A stretch of 64,000 bases of DNA from the NCBI GenBank assembly GCA_963728915.1, contig CAVSLV010000001.1, forward strand, positions 896,001-960,000. Direction: 5' to 3'. The notes beneath the pieces were generated by a model, which saw only the letters and a program-made list of their open reading frames with translations, made no database searches and was not told where the DNA came from. The translations under genes were made by a program, and so were the position numbers. Positions 51,294 through 59,938 of the stretch are shown in pieces (positions within the stretch are counted from its first letter, which is position 1; the number at the start of each line of letters is the position of its first letter). Source of the DNA: an uncultured Gemmatimonadales bacterium (GTDB lineage Bacteria > Gemmatimonadota > Gemmatimonadetes > Gemmatimonadales > GWC2-71-9).

Positions 51294-52058
51294 TCAGCGT
51301 GGTGGCAACATCGTCTGTGCCTCGGCCAGAGGACGAACCGCTCGCGCGAAAGTCACACCGGCCACCGACTTCGCCCCGGCCCCGAGCAGCGCGTTGGCGG
51401 CTTCGGCCAGGGTGGCGCCGGTGGTGAACACGTCGTCCACCAGCACCGGGTTGGCTGGTGCAGGCTCCCGCGCGGCAAAGGCTCCCGCGAGATTGGCGCG
51501 TCGGGCCTCGGGCGTCAGCGCGGTTTGCGTCCCGGTTTCCCGACCGCGCCGCAGCGCTGACCTGACCCGCACGCCGAGCCGTTGTCCCAGCGCTTCGGCG
51601 ATCACGGCGCTCTGATTATAACCCCGGGTTCGTTCCCGACCAGCACTCAGTGGGATCGGCACCAGCGTGACATCCCGGGGAAGCGGAAGGGCCTGTTGCA
51701 GCACCATGGCGAGCGTTTCACCTACCCGCCACCAGCCCTCGTATTTCAGCAGATGGATCGCGCGACGGGCTCCCCCGTCAAGCCAGACCGCGCTGCGGAC
51801 GGAGGTCAACGCCCCGGGCCAATCGAGACAAAGCCGGCAGGCTATCCCGGGTGTGAGCGGCTGGCCGCAGCGAACGCACTGGGGAAATGGGAGCGGACTG
51901 AATCGGCTGATGCAGCCTCGACAGACCAGGGGCTCGTCACCGGAATCCGCCGGCGCGACGGGCGCTCCGCACAAGAGACAGGCTCCGGGCAACAGCCAGC
52001 GTTCCACACCGGCCAGCAGCGAGCCAGCTTCACTCCAGCGCTGCGCGAACCACGGCAT
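51294..52058 (-). CDS. comF: ComF-family protein (zinc ribbon plus PRTase)
   Basis: Four CxxC motifs, RGYNQ, LVDDVFTTGAT. Confidence 0.9.
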   Translation of the reverse strand: MPWFAQRWSEAGSLLAGVERWLLPGACLLCGAPVAPADSGDEPLVCRGCISRFSPLPFPQCVRCGQPLTPGIACRLCLDWPGALTSVRSAVWLDGGARRAIHLLKYEGWWRVGETLAMVLQQALPLPRDVTLVPIPLSAGRERTRGYNQSAVIAEALGQRLGVRVRSALRRGRETGTQTALTPEARRANLAGAFAAREPAPANPVLVDDVFTTGATLAEAANALLGAGAKSVAGVTFARAVRPLAEAQTMLPPR

Positions 52059-52830
52059 GCATCACCTCGCGGGGCGCGGATGCGCCGGGGAACCAGCGCT
52101 CGAAGGAGGCAGCGCCCTGTTCGACCAGGACGATTCGGCCATCCGCAGCACAAGCGCCCCGCTCCCGGAGCAGGCGGACCCATCGGGTCTCTCCCCTCCG
52201 GTAGACCAGGTCGAGCGCAACGGAGCCCGGAGCCACGAGCTCCGGGGGCAGCGGCAGAGGGTCCGATGGATCGAGTCCCAGGGGCGTACAGTTGATCACC
52301 ACATCACAGTCCTCCGCCGCGACGACGGGGAGATCCAGCTCACGGGCCTGGGCGAGGAGCCTGGAGGCCTGCTCCGGGCTTCTGGATCGGACCGCGACTC
52401 CTGCCCCGGCCCGTTTCGCCGCACAGAGAGCGGCCTGGGCACTGCCGCCGGTCCCGAGGAGGAGCCATTTCCCGTTCCGGACGCCGAGCTTCATCAGCCC
52501 GGACAGAATACCGTGGCTGTCGGTCTCGGCTCCGGTGATCCCCGATTCCGATCCCCAGAAAGTGTTGCAGACCTGGAGCCGGGGCCCGCCCAGTCTGGTC
52601 AGCTCGGCGGCAGCCCTCGCTTTGTGGGGAATCGTGACGTTGCCGCCACCTCCCTGCCGAACGAGGGTGGCCATGAGAGGCCCGATCGATTCGCTTTCGC
52701 AGCGGAGGGCGACGTAGACGGCATCGAGACCGAGCGCCCGGAAGGCCGCGTTGTGCATGGCAGGAGACAACGAATGGGACACCGGATCACCCAGCAGCGC
52801 GAAGACACGACTCTTGGCCCCGATCTCCAT
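52030..52830 (-). CDS. aroE: Shikimate dehydrogenase
   Basis: HSLSP..HN, NVTIPHK, GTGG, INCTPLG, LVEQG. Confidence 0.92.
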   Translation of the reverse strand: MEIGAKSRVFALLGDPVSHSLSPAMHNAAFRALGLDAVYVALRCESESIGPLMATLVRQGGGGNVTIPHKARAAAELTRLGGPRLQVCNTFWGSESGITGAETDSHGILSGLMKLGVRNGKWLLLGTGGSAQAALCAAKRAGAGVAVRSRSPEQASRLLAQARELDLPVVAAEDCDVVINCTPLGLDPSDPLPLPPELVAPGSVALDLVYRRGETRWVRLLRERGACAADGRIVLVEQGAASFERWFPGASAPREVMHAVVRAALE

Positions 52831-53285
52831 CAAACACCCCCTCCGAGACGGCGCACGACGGCCGGCAGGATCCCGTTCAAATCACGGAAGGTCTCCCGAT
52901 ACGAATCGAGGTCAGTGCCATAGGGATCCCGGATTTCGCTCCCGCTGGGGCCACGACCGGCAAACTCGCCCACCAAGTGAGCCCGGGCACCGCCCCCGAG
53001 CTCCCGGATCCGGGCGAGCTGGGCACGGCCCATGGCGAGAATGAGGTCGGCGCCATCCACCATTCCCCGAGTGAGCTGCCTGGCCCGGTGGGTGGACAGG
53101 TCGTAGCCCCGCTCCAGCATGACGAGAAGCGCGCCTTCGGACGCCGCCGCCCCTTCCCACGCACCAATCCCCGCCGAGGACACCTCGATGCCTTTGAGAC
53201 CCGCGTCCGTCACGGCCTTTGCAAGCATGGCCTCGGCCATGGGGCTCCGGCAGGTATTGCCGGTACAGACGATCAGCACCCTCAT
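52830..53285 (-). CDS. Low-molecular-weight protein Tyr/Arg phosphatase
   Basis: VCTGNTCRS P-loop, DPY. Confidence 0.92.
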   Translation of the reverse strand: MRVLIVCTGNTCRSPMAEAMLAKAVTDAGLKGIEVSSAGIGAWEGAAASEGALLVMLERGYDLSTHRARQLTRGMVDGADLILAMGRAQLARIRELGGGARAHLVGEFAGRGPSGSEIRDPYGTDLDSYRETFRDLNGILPAVVRRLGGGV

Positions 53286-53932
53286 GGAGCGAGTCTCCCT
53301 ACCGCTTTGCGCAACTCGGCGCGCGGGAGCGCGCCTTCCCGGACCAGACGCGCCGCCGATGTGGTGCAGTCAACGATGGTCGAGGGCGGCACGTTCCCCA
53401 GGATTCCCCCATCCAGGACCAGCAACTTGCCGGCATCGTAGGCCGCCTGAAAGAGTTGCACGAGCTGTTCAGCGCCGGCCGCGGGCGCCTGTCCCGGGCG
53501 ATTGGCGGACGTCGAGGTCAACGGCTGATCCAGCATTTCGATCAAACGCGCCACCCCGCGATGCGAGGTGTGCCGCACCGCGATACCTCCTTCCGGTCCC
53601 CGGAGCCGGTCGGGCAGGCGCCCTTCCCCGCCCTTGAGCACGAGGGTGAGCGGGCCGGGCCAGAATGCCTTCGCCAGCGCATCCGCCGCGCGGGTGAAGA
53701 CCAGTCCGTTTCGATCAGCCATGGCATGGCTCGATACGAGGAGAAGAAAAGGTTTGCCGGAAGGCCGTCCCTTGAGATTGGCGAGCCGTTCGAGGGACTC
53801 GGTGTCCGCGGCGCATCCCAGCCCGTAGACCGTCTCGGTCGGATACCCCAGGAGTCCGTGCTGGGCGAGATGGGCGCGCACCGGGGCGGCCACCGCGACG
53901 GCATCCTCCGGGGTGCGAAAAGCAAGCATCAT
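53282..53932 (-). CDS. tsaC: L-threonylcarbamoyladenylate synthase (Sua5/YrdC)
   Basis: YPTETVYGL, KGR, WPGPLT, STSAN, PSTIVD. Confidence 0.92.
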   Translation of the reverse strand: MMLAFRTPEDAVAVAAPVRAHLAQHGLLGYPTETVYGLGCAADTESLERLANLKGRPSGKPFLLLVSSHAMADRNGLVFTRAADALAKAFWPGPLTLVLKGGEGRLPDRLRGPEGGIAVRHTSHRGVARLIEMLDQPLTSTSANRPGQAPAAGAEQLVQLFQAAYDAGKLLVLDGGILGNVPPSTIVDCTTSAARLVREGALPRAELRKAVGRLAP

Positions 53933-54615
53933 GCTGAGGTGAGCGCGAGCGCTTCCGCAATACGAAGTTCGTCTTCGCTCGTAATCTTCAGGTTCGTCGC
54001 CGAATCGGGCACGATGAGCACCTGCTCCCCCATCTGCTCGACCATCTGTGCTTCGTCGGTCGGGGCTTGTCCATCGGCCGGCCGCAGGGAGAGCCCCCGT
54101 TGAAGCATCTCGCGCGGAAACCCCTGCGGCGTCTGGGCCCGCCAGAGCGCGGCACGGGGAATCGTTCGGAGCACCGAACCCTCCGCGGCCTCCTTCAAGG
54201 TGTCGAACAGCGGGATCGCCGCGATCGCCGCGGACCCGTTCCGGGCCGCTGCCATGACCGCGTCGATCACCTCCCGACTGGGAAACGGACGGGCGCCATC
54301 GTGAACGAGGACGACCGAGGACTCCGGGGCGAGCACGGCGAACCCCCGGGAAACCGATTCGGCACGGGTCGGTCCCCCGCCCACCAGGCGGAGTCGCTCG
54401 CCGGCAATCTCCCTGAGCCACGGGGGAGGTTGATCCATGGCCTCCGGCGGGATGACGACGGCAACTTCACGAACTGAGGGATGGGCCAGGAAGGGGCGAA
54501 CGGTTCGGAGCAGGACTGGCACGCCGGCAAGGAGGCAAAACTGTTTCGGGGTTGAGCCGCCGAGCCGTTCGCTCTTTCCCGCCGCGGCAATGATGACCCC
54601 AACATCAGGCCGCAA
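53929..54615 (-). CDS. ispD: MEP cytidylyltransferase
   Basis: AAGKSERL...KQF, HDGARP, QTPQ, NLKIT. Confidence 0.94.
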   Translation of the reverse strand: MRPDVGVIIAAAGKSERLGGSTPKQFCLLAGVPVLLRTVRPFLAHPSVREVAVVIPPEAMDQPPPWLREIAGERLRLVGGGPTRAESVSRGFAVLAPESSVVLVHDGARPFPSREVIDAVMAAARNGSAAIAAIPLFDTLKEAAEGSVLRTIPRAALWRAQTPQGFPREMLQRGLSLRPADGQAPTDEAQMVEQMGEQVLIVPDSATNLKITSEDELRIAEALALTSA

Positions 54616-55978
54616 GCGCGCGCACCAGCTCGTCGATGTGGGCGATCGGCACCGGGCTCAAGCCGGGTAGCTCCGGACCGGCACGATCGCCCGATCGGCT
54701 GGAGCAGAAAGCCCGGCGGAATCCAAGACGCGCCGCTTCACTCAGTCGCCGTTCGACCCCACCGACCGGCCGGATCTCCCCGCCGAGGCCGATCTCGCCG
54801 AGAAACAGCGCATCGGGCGGGGTGGGCCGGTTGTGGAGACTGGAGAGGAGCGCGGCAGCAACGGCCAGATCGGCGCCCGGCTCACGGAGCCTCACCCCGG
54901 CCGTCACCTGCACGAAGACGTCGAGCTGGCCGAAGCTCGCGCCACCGCGACGCTCCAGCACGGCGAGCAGGACCGCGAGACGGCGGGGATCGAGTCCGGT
55001 CGCCACCCGTTGGGGGGTCCCGTAGCCGCTCGGTGCGGCCAGCGCCTGGACCTCGACCAGCAACGGACGAGTCCCTTCCATGAGCGCGGTGACGGCGCTC
55101 CCACTGGTCTCGCCGGAGCGAGCCGCGAGAAAGACCGCCGAAGGATTCGGCACCGCCGCGAGCCCGCGCTCGGTCATGGAGAACACGCCGAGCTCGTCCA
55201 CCGACCCGAAGCGATTCTTGGTGGCGCGAAGCAGACGGTAGTCGAGCGAGGGTTCTCCCTCGAAGTAGAGCACGGTGTCCACGATGTGCTCGAGGGTTCG
55301 GGGACCGGCAATGGCGCCGCCCTTGGTCACATGTCCCACCACGACCACGGCGGTTCCGGTTTCCTTGGCGAATCGCATCAAGCGAGCGGCGCACTCCCGG
55401 ACCTGGCCCACGCTTCCGGGTGCGGATTCGAGCTCGTCGGTGTAGATCGTCTGAACCGAGTCCACCACCAGGAGCTCGGCCTTGGCCTGGAGCGACGCTT
55501 CGAGCACCGCTTCCAGTCTGGTCTCACCCAGCACCAGCACCGGCCCGGCATCCTCGCTCAGCCGGTCGGCCCGAAGCCGGATCTGATCCGGGGATTCCTC
55601 GCCGCTGGTGTACAGCACGTGCCGGCCGCCGGCCCGCAGGCGCGCCGCTGCCTGAAGCAGCAGGGTGGATTTGCCGATGCCGGGTTCCCCGCCGATCAGC
55701 CCCATGGAGCCTGGAACGAACCCGCCACCGAGGACGAAGTCGAACTCGGGAATGCCGGTGGTCCATCGGATCAGACGGGATTTCGCGATGTCGGCGAGCG
55801 GGGTTGGCCGGGCCGTGGAGGCGATTCGGGTGGCGGACCCGCGGGAGGAGGGCGGACGCTGGGTAATCGGCTCTTCCGCGACCGCGTTCCAGGCCCCGCA
55901 GGCTTCGCACCGACCGACCCACTTCGGATGATCGTGCCCGCATTCCGCGCATCGATAGACCGAGCGGGCTTTCGCCAT
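54605..55978 (-). CDS. radA: DNA repair protein RadA/Sms
   Basis: C4 zinc finger, GEPGIGKST, KNRFG. Confidence 0.97.
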   Translation of the reverse strand: MAKARSVYRCAECGHDHPKWVGRCEACGAWNAVAEEPITQRPPSSRGSATRIASTARPTPLADIAKSRLIRWTTGIPEFDFVLGGGFVPGSMGLIGGEPGIGKSTLLLQAAARLRAGGRHVLYTSGEESPDQIRLRADRLSEDAGPVLVLGETRLEAVLEASLQAKAELLVVDSVQTIYTDELESAPGSVGQVRECAARLMRFAKETGTAVVVVGHVTKGGAIAGPRTLEHIVDTVLYFEGEPSLDYRLLRATKNRFGSVDELGVFSMTERGLAAVPNPSAVFLAARSGETSGSAVTALMEGTRPLLVEVQALAAPSGYGTPQRVATGLDPRRLAVLLAVLERRGGASFGQLDVFVQVTAGVRLREPGADLAVAAALLSSLHNRPTPPDALFLGEIGLGGEIRPVGGVERRLSEAARLGFRRAFCSSRSGDRAGPELPGLSPVPIAHIDELVRALAA

Positions 55979-57370
55979 CTAGTGCATCTCGCGATCCGAG
56001 TAGCTGTCGAACCGGGTGAACGCCTTGTGAAAGTAAAGTCGGAAGTTGCCGGTCGGTCCGTTCCGGTGTTTGGCCAGGTGAATTTCCGCCAGACCATCCA
56101 CCGACGTCCCCTGCGCTTCGGCCTTCTCGCGAAGGTCCTTGTACATCTCCGGGCGGTGGATGAAAATCACCACGTCGGCGTCCTGTTCGATCGCGCCGGA
56201 GTCCCGGAGATCCGAGAGCATGGGGGTGCGATCACCGCCTCGCTGCTCGGAGGCACGGGAAAGCTGGGAGAGCGCGAGGACCGGGACTTCGAGCTCCCGG
56301 GCGAGCGCTTTGAGGGAGCGGGAGATATCGGAAATCTCCTGCACCCGATTCTCCGAGTATTCGGGACTCCGCATGAGCTGGAGGTAGTCCACCATGATCA
56401 GCCCGATGTCCGACTCGGCCCGGAGCCGCCTGGCCTTGCCCCGCATCTCCAACAGGGTGAGCGCCGGGGTGTCGTCGATCCAGATCGGCGCGTTCTGCAG
56501 AATCCCGGTGGCCCGCGCGATCCGGGGATAATCCGACTCCTTGATCCGGCCCTGCCGAACCGCCTGGCTGTCGATGCCCGCAGCGGAGCAGAGAAGCCGC
56601 TGAACCAGCGCGTCCTTCGACATTTCCAACGAGAAAATGGCGACGCCGCGCCCCTGCTGGGCGGCATTGCTCGCGATGTTGAGGCAGAACGCGGTCTTTC
56701 CCATGGACGGTCTCGCGGCGACGATGACGAGCTCCGACTTCTGGAACCCCGAGGTCAGGTTGTCCAAATCTGGGAACCCGCTGGGCACCCCGGTAATCGC
56801 AACGCCGCCGCGGTGGAGCGATTCAATGCGCTCCATGGCGTCCCAGAGCATCTCTTTGAGCCGGACGAATTCCTCGCGCCGGCGATGCTGGGAAATCCGG
56901 AAGATCCGCCCCTCGGCCTCGTCCAGGAGCTCGTTGGCATGCCTCCGGCCTTCGTAGGCCTCCTGGATGATTCCGGTGGAGGCCTCGATGAGCCCGCGAA
57001 GAGTGGCCTTGTCGCGCACGATCCTGGCGTGGTGCTCCAGATTGGCGGCGGTGGCCACCGAGTCGACCAGCTCGGCCAGGTACTCGACGCCCCCGACGAG
57101 GTCCAGCTCGTTACGCCGGATCAGCTCGTCGCGGAGGGTGATATGGTCGATGACCACCCGATTCTCGGTGAGGCTGTGCAACGCGCGAAACAGGCGGCGG
57201 TGGGCATCCTTGTAGAACATGGTGTGATCGACCAGCTGGACCGCGGTCAGCGCCGCGTCCTGATCGAGGATCATTGCACCGAGTACCGCCTGTTCAGCTT
57301 CGGGGCTCCAGGGGACGGAGCGGAGAGTCTGCTCAACGGTCGAGAAGCTGTCGGGCGATACGGATGTCAT
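55979..57370 (-). CDS. dnaB: Replicative DNA helicase
   Basis: EAEQAVLG, ARPSMGKT, DYLQL, DLRDSGAIEQDAD, KHRNG. No intein-sized insertion. Confidence 0.97.
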   Translation of the reverse strand: MTSVSPDSFSTVEQTLRSVPWSPEAEQAVLGAMILDQDAALTAVQLVDHTMFYKDAHRRLFRALHSLTENRVVIDHITLRDELIRRNELDLVGGVEYLAELVDSVATAANLEHHARIVRDKATLRGLIEASTGIIQEAYEGRRHANELLDEAEGRIFRISQHRRREEFVRLKEMLWDAMERIESLHRGGVAITGVPSGFPDLDNLTSGFQKSELVIVAARPSMGKTAFCLNIASNAAQQGRGVAIFSLEMSKDALVQRLLCSAAGIDSQAVRQGRIKESDYPRIARATGILQNAPIWIDDTPALTLLEMRGKARRLRAESDIGLIMVDYLQLMRSPEYSENRVQEISDISRSLKALARELEVPVLALSQLSRASEQRGGDRTPMLSDLRDSGAIEQDADVVIFIHRPEMYKDLREKAEAQGTSVDGLAEIHLAKHRNGPTGNFRLYFHKAFTRFDSYSDREMH

Positions 57371-58157
57371 CCCAGGTCGGCTTCTTCCAGTTGGGGTTGC
57401 GGAGGAGGGCCGCCGGATGATAGGTGACGACCAGGGGAATGCCGCGATAAGAATGTACTCTGCCGCGCAACTCCCCGAGACTGCGCCGGGCCTGAAGCAG
57501 CGCTTCGGCCGCCGTGGCGCCGAGCGCGACCAGCACCCTGGGACGAATCAACTCGATTTGCCGCTCCAGAAACGGCATGCAGGCGGCCATCTCGTCCGGG
57601 AGAGGCTTGCGATTGCCGGGAGGCCGGCACTTCACCGCGTTGGCGATGAACACGTCCTCGCGGGTCAAGCCGATCGATTGGATGATCTGGTTGAGCAGCT
57701 CCCCCGCCCGGCCGACAAACGGCCGACCAGTTTGGTCTTCAACCTGGCCCGGGCCTTCGCCGACGAACATCAATCCGGACCGTGTGGACCCTTCTCCGGG
57801 GACGGTATGCGTACGCCCCTGGCACAGGAAACACTTGGTGCACAGCGCGATGGCGCTGGCAATATCATCCAGTTTGTCCCAATCGTGTGGAATATCCATC
57901 AAGCTACGGGGAGACTGCTCGATGGTAATGCCCGGAACGGTGGGGATGGGCGGTGCGTCCTTGAGCCAGGGAGAGGCCGGAGAGGTCGGTGGGGTCGGAG
58001 AGGTCGGAGAGGTCGGGGGGGACAGTGAGGAGGTTTCGACCACCCCGACCTCTCTGACCACCCCGACCTCTCTGGCCACCCCGACCCCACTGACAATTAC
58101 TTCGGGGCCGCCAAGCTCCAGTTGAATTCGCAGATACCGTCGGGCAAGCTGGTCCAG
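57333..58157 (-). CDS. Uracil-DNA glycosylase family 4 (Fe-S); start uncertain (CTG 58157 or GTG 58079)
   Basis: CTKC, GEGPG, KCRPP.NR, YHPA. The frame is open upstream of 58079 (LDQLARRYLRIQLELGGPE). Confidence 0.9.
   Translation of the reverse strand: MDQLARRYLRIQLELGGPEVIVSGVGVAREVGVVREVGVVETSSLSPPTSPTSPTPPTSPASPWLKDAPPIPTVPGITIEQSPRSLMDIPHDWDKLDDIASAIALCTKCFLCQGRTHTVPGEGSTRSGLMFVGEGPGQVEDQTGRPFVGRAGELLNQIIQSIGLTREDVFIANAVKCRPPGNRKPLPDEMAACMPFLERQIELIRPRVLVALGATAAEALLQARRSLGELRGRVHSYRGIPLVVTYHPAALLRNPNWKKPTWDDIRIARQLLDR
57970..58094. repeat. Inverted pair of nonamer arrays (6+6 units) forming an imperfect palindrome
   Basis: (GGAGAGGTC-like)x6 at 57970-58023, then (GACCTCTCT/GACCACCCC-like)x6 at 58038-58091. 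Confidence 0.9.
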
Positions 58158-58158
58158 G

Positions 58159-58386
58159 TCAGACCTCGGACCGGCGCCGGCGAAGCTCCCGGAAGTTCAA
58201 TTCTCCACTGACCAGTTTGCGCATCGAGAGCGTGGTCAGCTTGGTGGCCCGCTCCCGCTCCGCCCACTGGATCTGACGATCCTTGGGGAAGTCGTTCAGA
58301 TAGCGGGCGAACCGCGCCGCGACCAGGATAGAGCGATACTTGGTCCCGGCGTTCCGGGCCGCATCGGTGGGGGTGAAGATCTCCAT
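58159..58386 (-). CDS. rpoZ: RNA polymerase omega subunit
   Basis: KY..ILVAARFAR.L and KLTT; follows gmk with an AAGGAG RBS. Confidence 0.82.
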   Translation of the reverse strand: MEIFTPTDAARNAGTKYRSILVAARFARYLNDFPKDRQIQWAERERATKLTTLSMRKLVSGELNFRELRRRRSEV

Positions 58387-58388
58387 GC

Positions 58389-59027
58389 TTACTCCTTGAA
58401 AGTGTCCGGGTCGACGAGCTCTCGCTGAATGCCCGCGACCACTTGCGTCAGGTTGTTCAGGCGCCGAACCCGGCGCTCCTCCACATCGAGAATGGCCGCC
58501 AGGTGCGCGACCGCTTCGACAAAGTCGTCGTTGACGACCACGTAATCATACTCCTGCACGGCATCGAGCTCCCTCGCGGCGATCGCCATCCGGGTGCCGA
58601 TCCCGTTGGGGTCCTCCGTATTCCGGTTTCGCAGCCGCTGCACCAGCACCGCGGCCGAGGGCGGCAGCACGAACACGTGAACCGAGTCGGGAAACTGCGT
58701 ACGCACCTGGCGCGCTCCAGCCACATCGATGTCGAGCACCACGTGCCGCCCCGCCGAAAGCCCCCGCTCGACCTCCGACCGCAACGTTCCGTACAGGTGG
58801 CCGCCGTATTCGGCCCATTCGACCAGCTCCCCCGAGGCGATGCGTTCCTCGAACCTGGCCCGGTCGAGAAAGAAGTAGTGCTTGCCGTCGTCTTCCGCGG
58901 GCCGCCGGGGCCGGGTGGTCGCCGAGATCGAATACGTGAGGTTCTCGCGGGCTTCCAGCAGGTGGCGTGCGATGGTCGACTTTCCGCCCCCCGAAGGGGA
59001 AGAAAGCACCAGCAGGAAGGGGGTTAC
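58389..59027 (-). CDS. gmk: Guanylate kinase (first canonical start GTG 59009; homologous N-terminus extends to about 59027)
   Basis: SSPSGGGKST, ISATTRPRR, YGT, YDYVVVND. Confidence 0.95.
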   Translation of the reverse strand, partial: VTPFLLVLSSPSGGGKSTIARHLLEARENLTYSISATTRPRRPAEDDGKHYFFLDRARFEERIASGELVEWAEYGGHLYGTLRSEVERGLSAGRHVVLDIDVAGARQVRTQFPDSVHVFVLPPSAAVLVQRLRNRNTEDPNGIGTRMAIAARELDAVQEYDYVVVNDDFVEAVAHLAAILDVEERRVRRLNNLTQVVAGIQRELVDPDTFKE

Positions 59028-59899
59028 GCCAAGTTCTCGAGCTGTTCCCGGAATCGCTCAAGCTCTCCCTTCATGGCCACTACCGCGTGCTGCATCGCGA
59101 CGTCATTCGCCTTGGCGCCGATGGTGTTCATCTCCCGGCCCAGCTCCTGAGCCAGGAAGCCGAGCTGCTTCCCGATTGCGGCCTCCTGCTGTAGCGCCGC
59201 CCCGCAGGCTTCCAGGTGGGCGTCGAGCCGCACCAGCTCCTCGGTCACGTCCTGCCGCTCGGCGAGAATGGCGATCTCGGTCGCGAGCCGGTGCTCATCG
59301 AACGGCCGTCCCTCGAGGAGCTGCGTCACCGCGTGGCGAAGTCGCTCCCGCTGCGCGGCGACCCGGAGCGGCGCCAGGCTTCGCACCCGCTCGGCCTCGC
59401 GGGCCATGGCCGCGAGTCGATCCCGCAGCTCCTGGGCGAGCACGGCACCCTCCCGGCCGCGGGCGTCCCGACATCCTCGTGATGCCGAAGCAACCAGGGG
59501 CTCCACCTCGCTCCAGGGCACCGGGTCGCTGCCGTTGGGGTGCCCCAGCATCTCCGGCTGGCGTAGCACCAGCTCGAGGGAGATGTCACCCGGAACATCG
59601 AGTGCCGCCTGGAGCTCTCTCAATCGCGCCGCGACCATCCGCGCCCTGGCATGATCCACCGCGCCGGATCCATTGGACCCCGGCGGAGCGGTCGTCCACC
59701 TCGCCGTCACCGACAGATGCCCCCGATCGAACTCCCGGCGGAGCAGATCGCGGCATTCCGATTCGCACGGGGCGAGCTCGTCGGGGAGCCGAAGCGCCAC
59801 ATTCAGAAACCGGTGATTGACGGATCGGATCTCGACCCGGAGCGACCCACCCGCCACCAGTCCTTCGGCGGCGCCGAAGCCGGTCATGCTGGACGGCAT
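59024..59899 (-). CDS. yicC: YicC/YloC-family endoribonuclease
   Basis: SMTGFG, EIRSVNHR, EELVRL..H, QE..RE.NTIGAK, REQLEN. Confidence 0.95.
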   Translation of the reverse strand: MPSSMTGFGAAEGLVAGGSLRVEIRSVNHRFLNVALRLPDELAPCESECRDLLRREFDRGHLSVTARWTTAPPGSNGSGAVDHARARMVAARLRELQAALDVPGDISLELVLRQPEMLGHPNGSDPVPWSEVEPLVASASRGCRDARGREGAVLAQELRDRLAAMAREAERVRSLAPLRVAAQRERLRHAVTQLLEGRPFDEHRLATEIAILAERQDVTEELVRLDAHLEACGAALQQEAAIGKQLGFLAQELGREMNTIGAKANDVAMQHAVVAMKGELERFREQLENLA

Positions 59900-59938
59900 A
59901 AGCCTTTGAATCTAGCCGGATTAGGGTCCGGTTGGTAG

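Noticed and set aside
54833..57427. 864-aa plus-strand ORF and other long antisense ORFs (e.g. 7552-9327, 26447-28483, 29221-31374, 60005-61909)
   Set aside because: Antisense shadows of well-conserved genes. High GC removes stop codons, and the products carry no recognisable motifs.
57970..58094. Repeat arrays as CRISPR
   Set aside because: Units are 7-9 bp in tandem with no unique spacers, and no cas genes are present.
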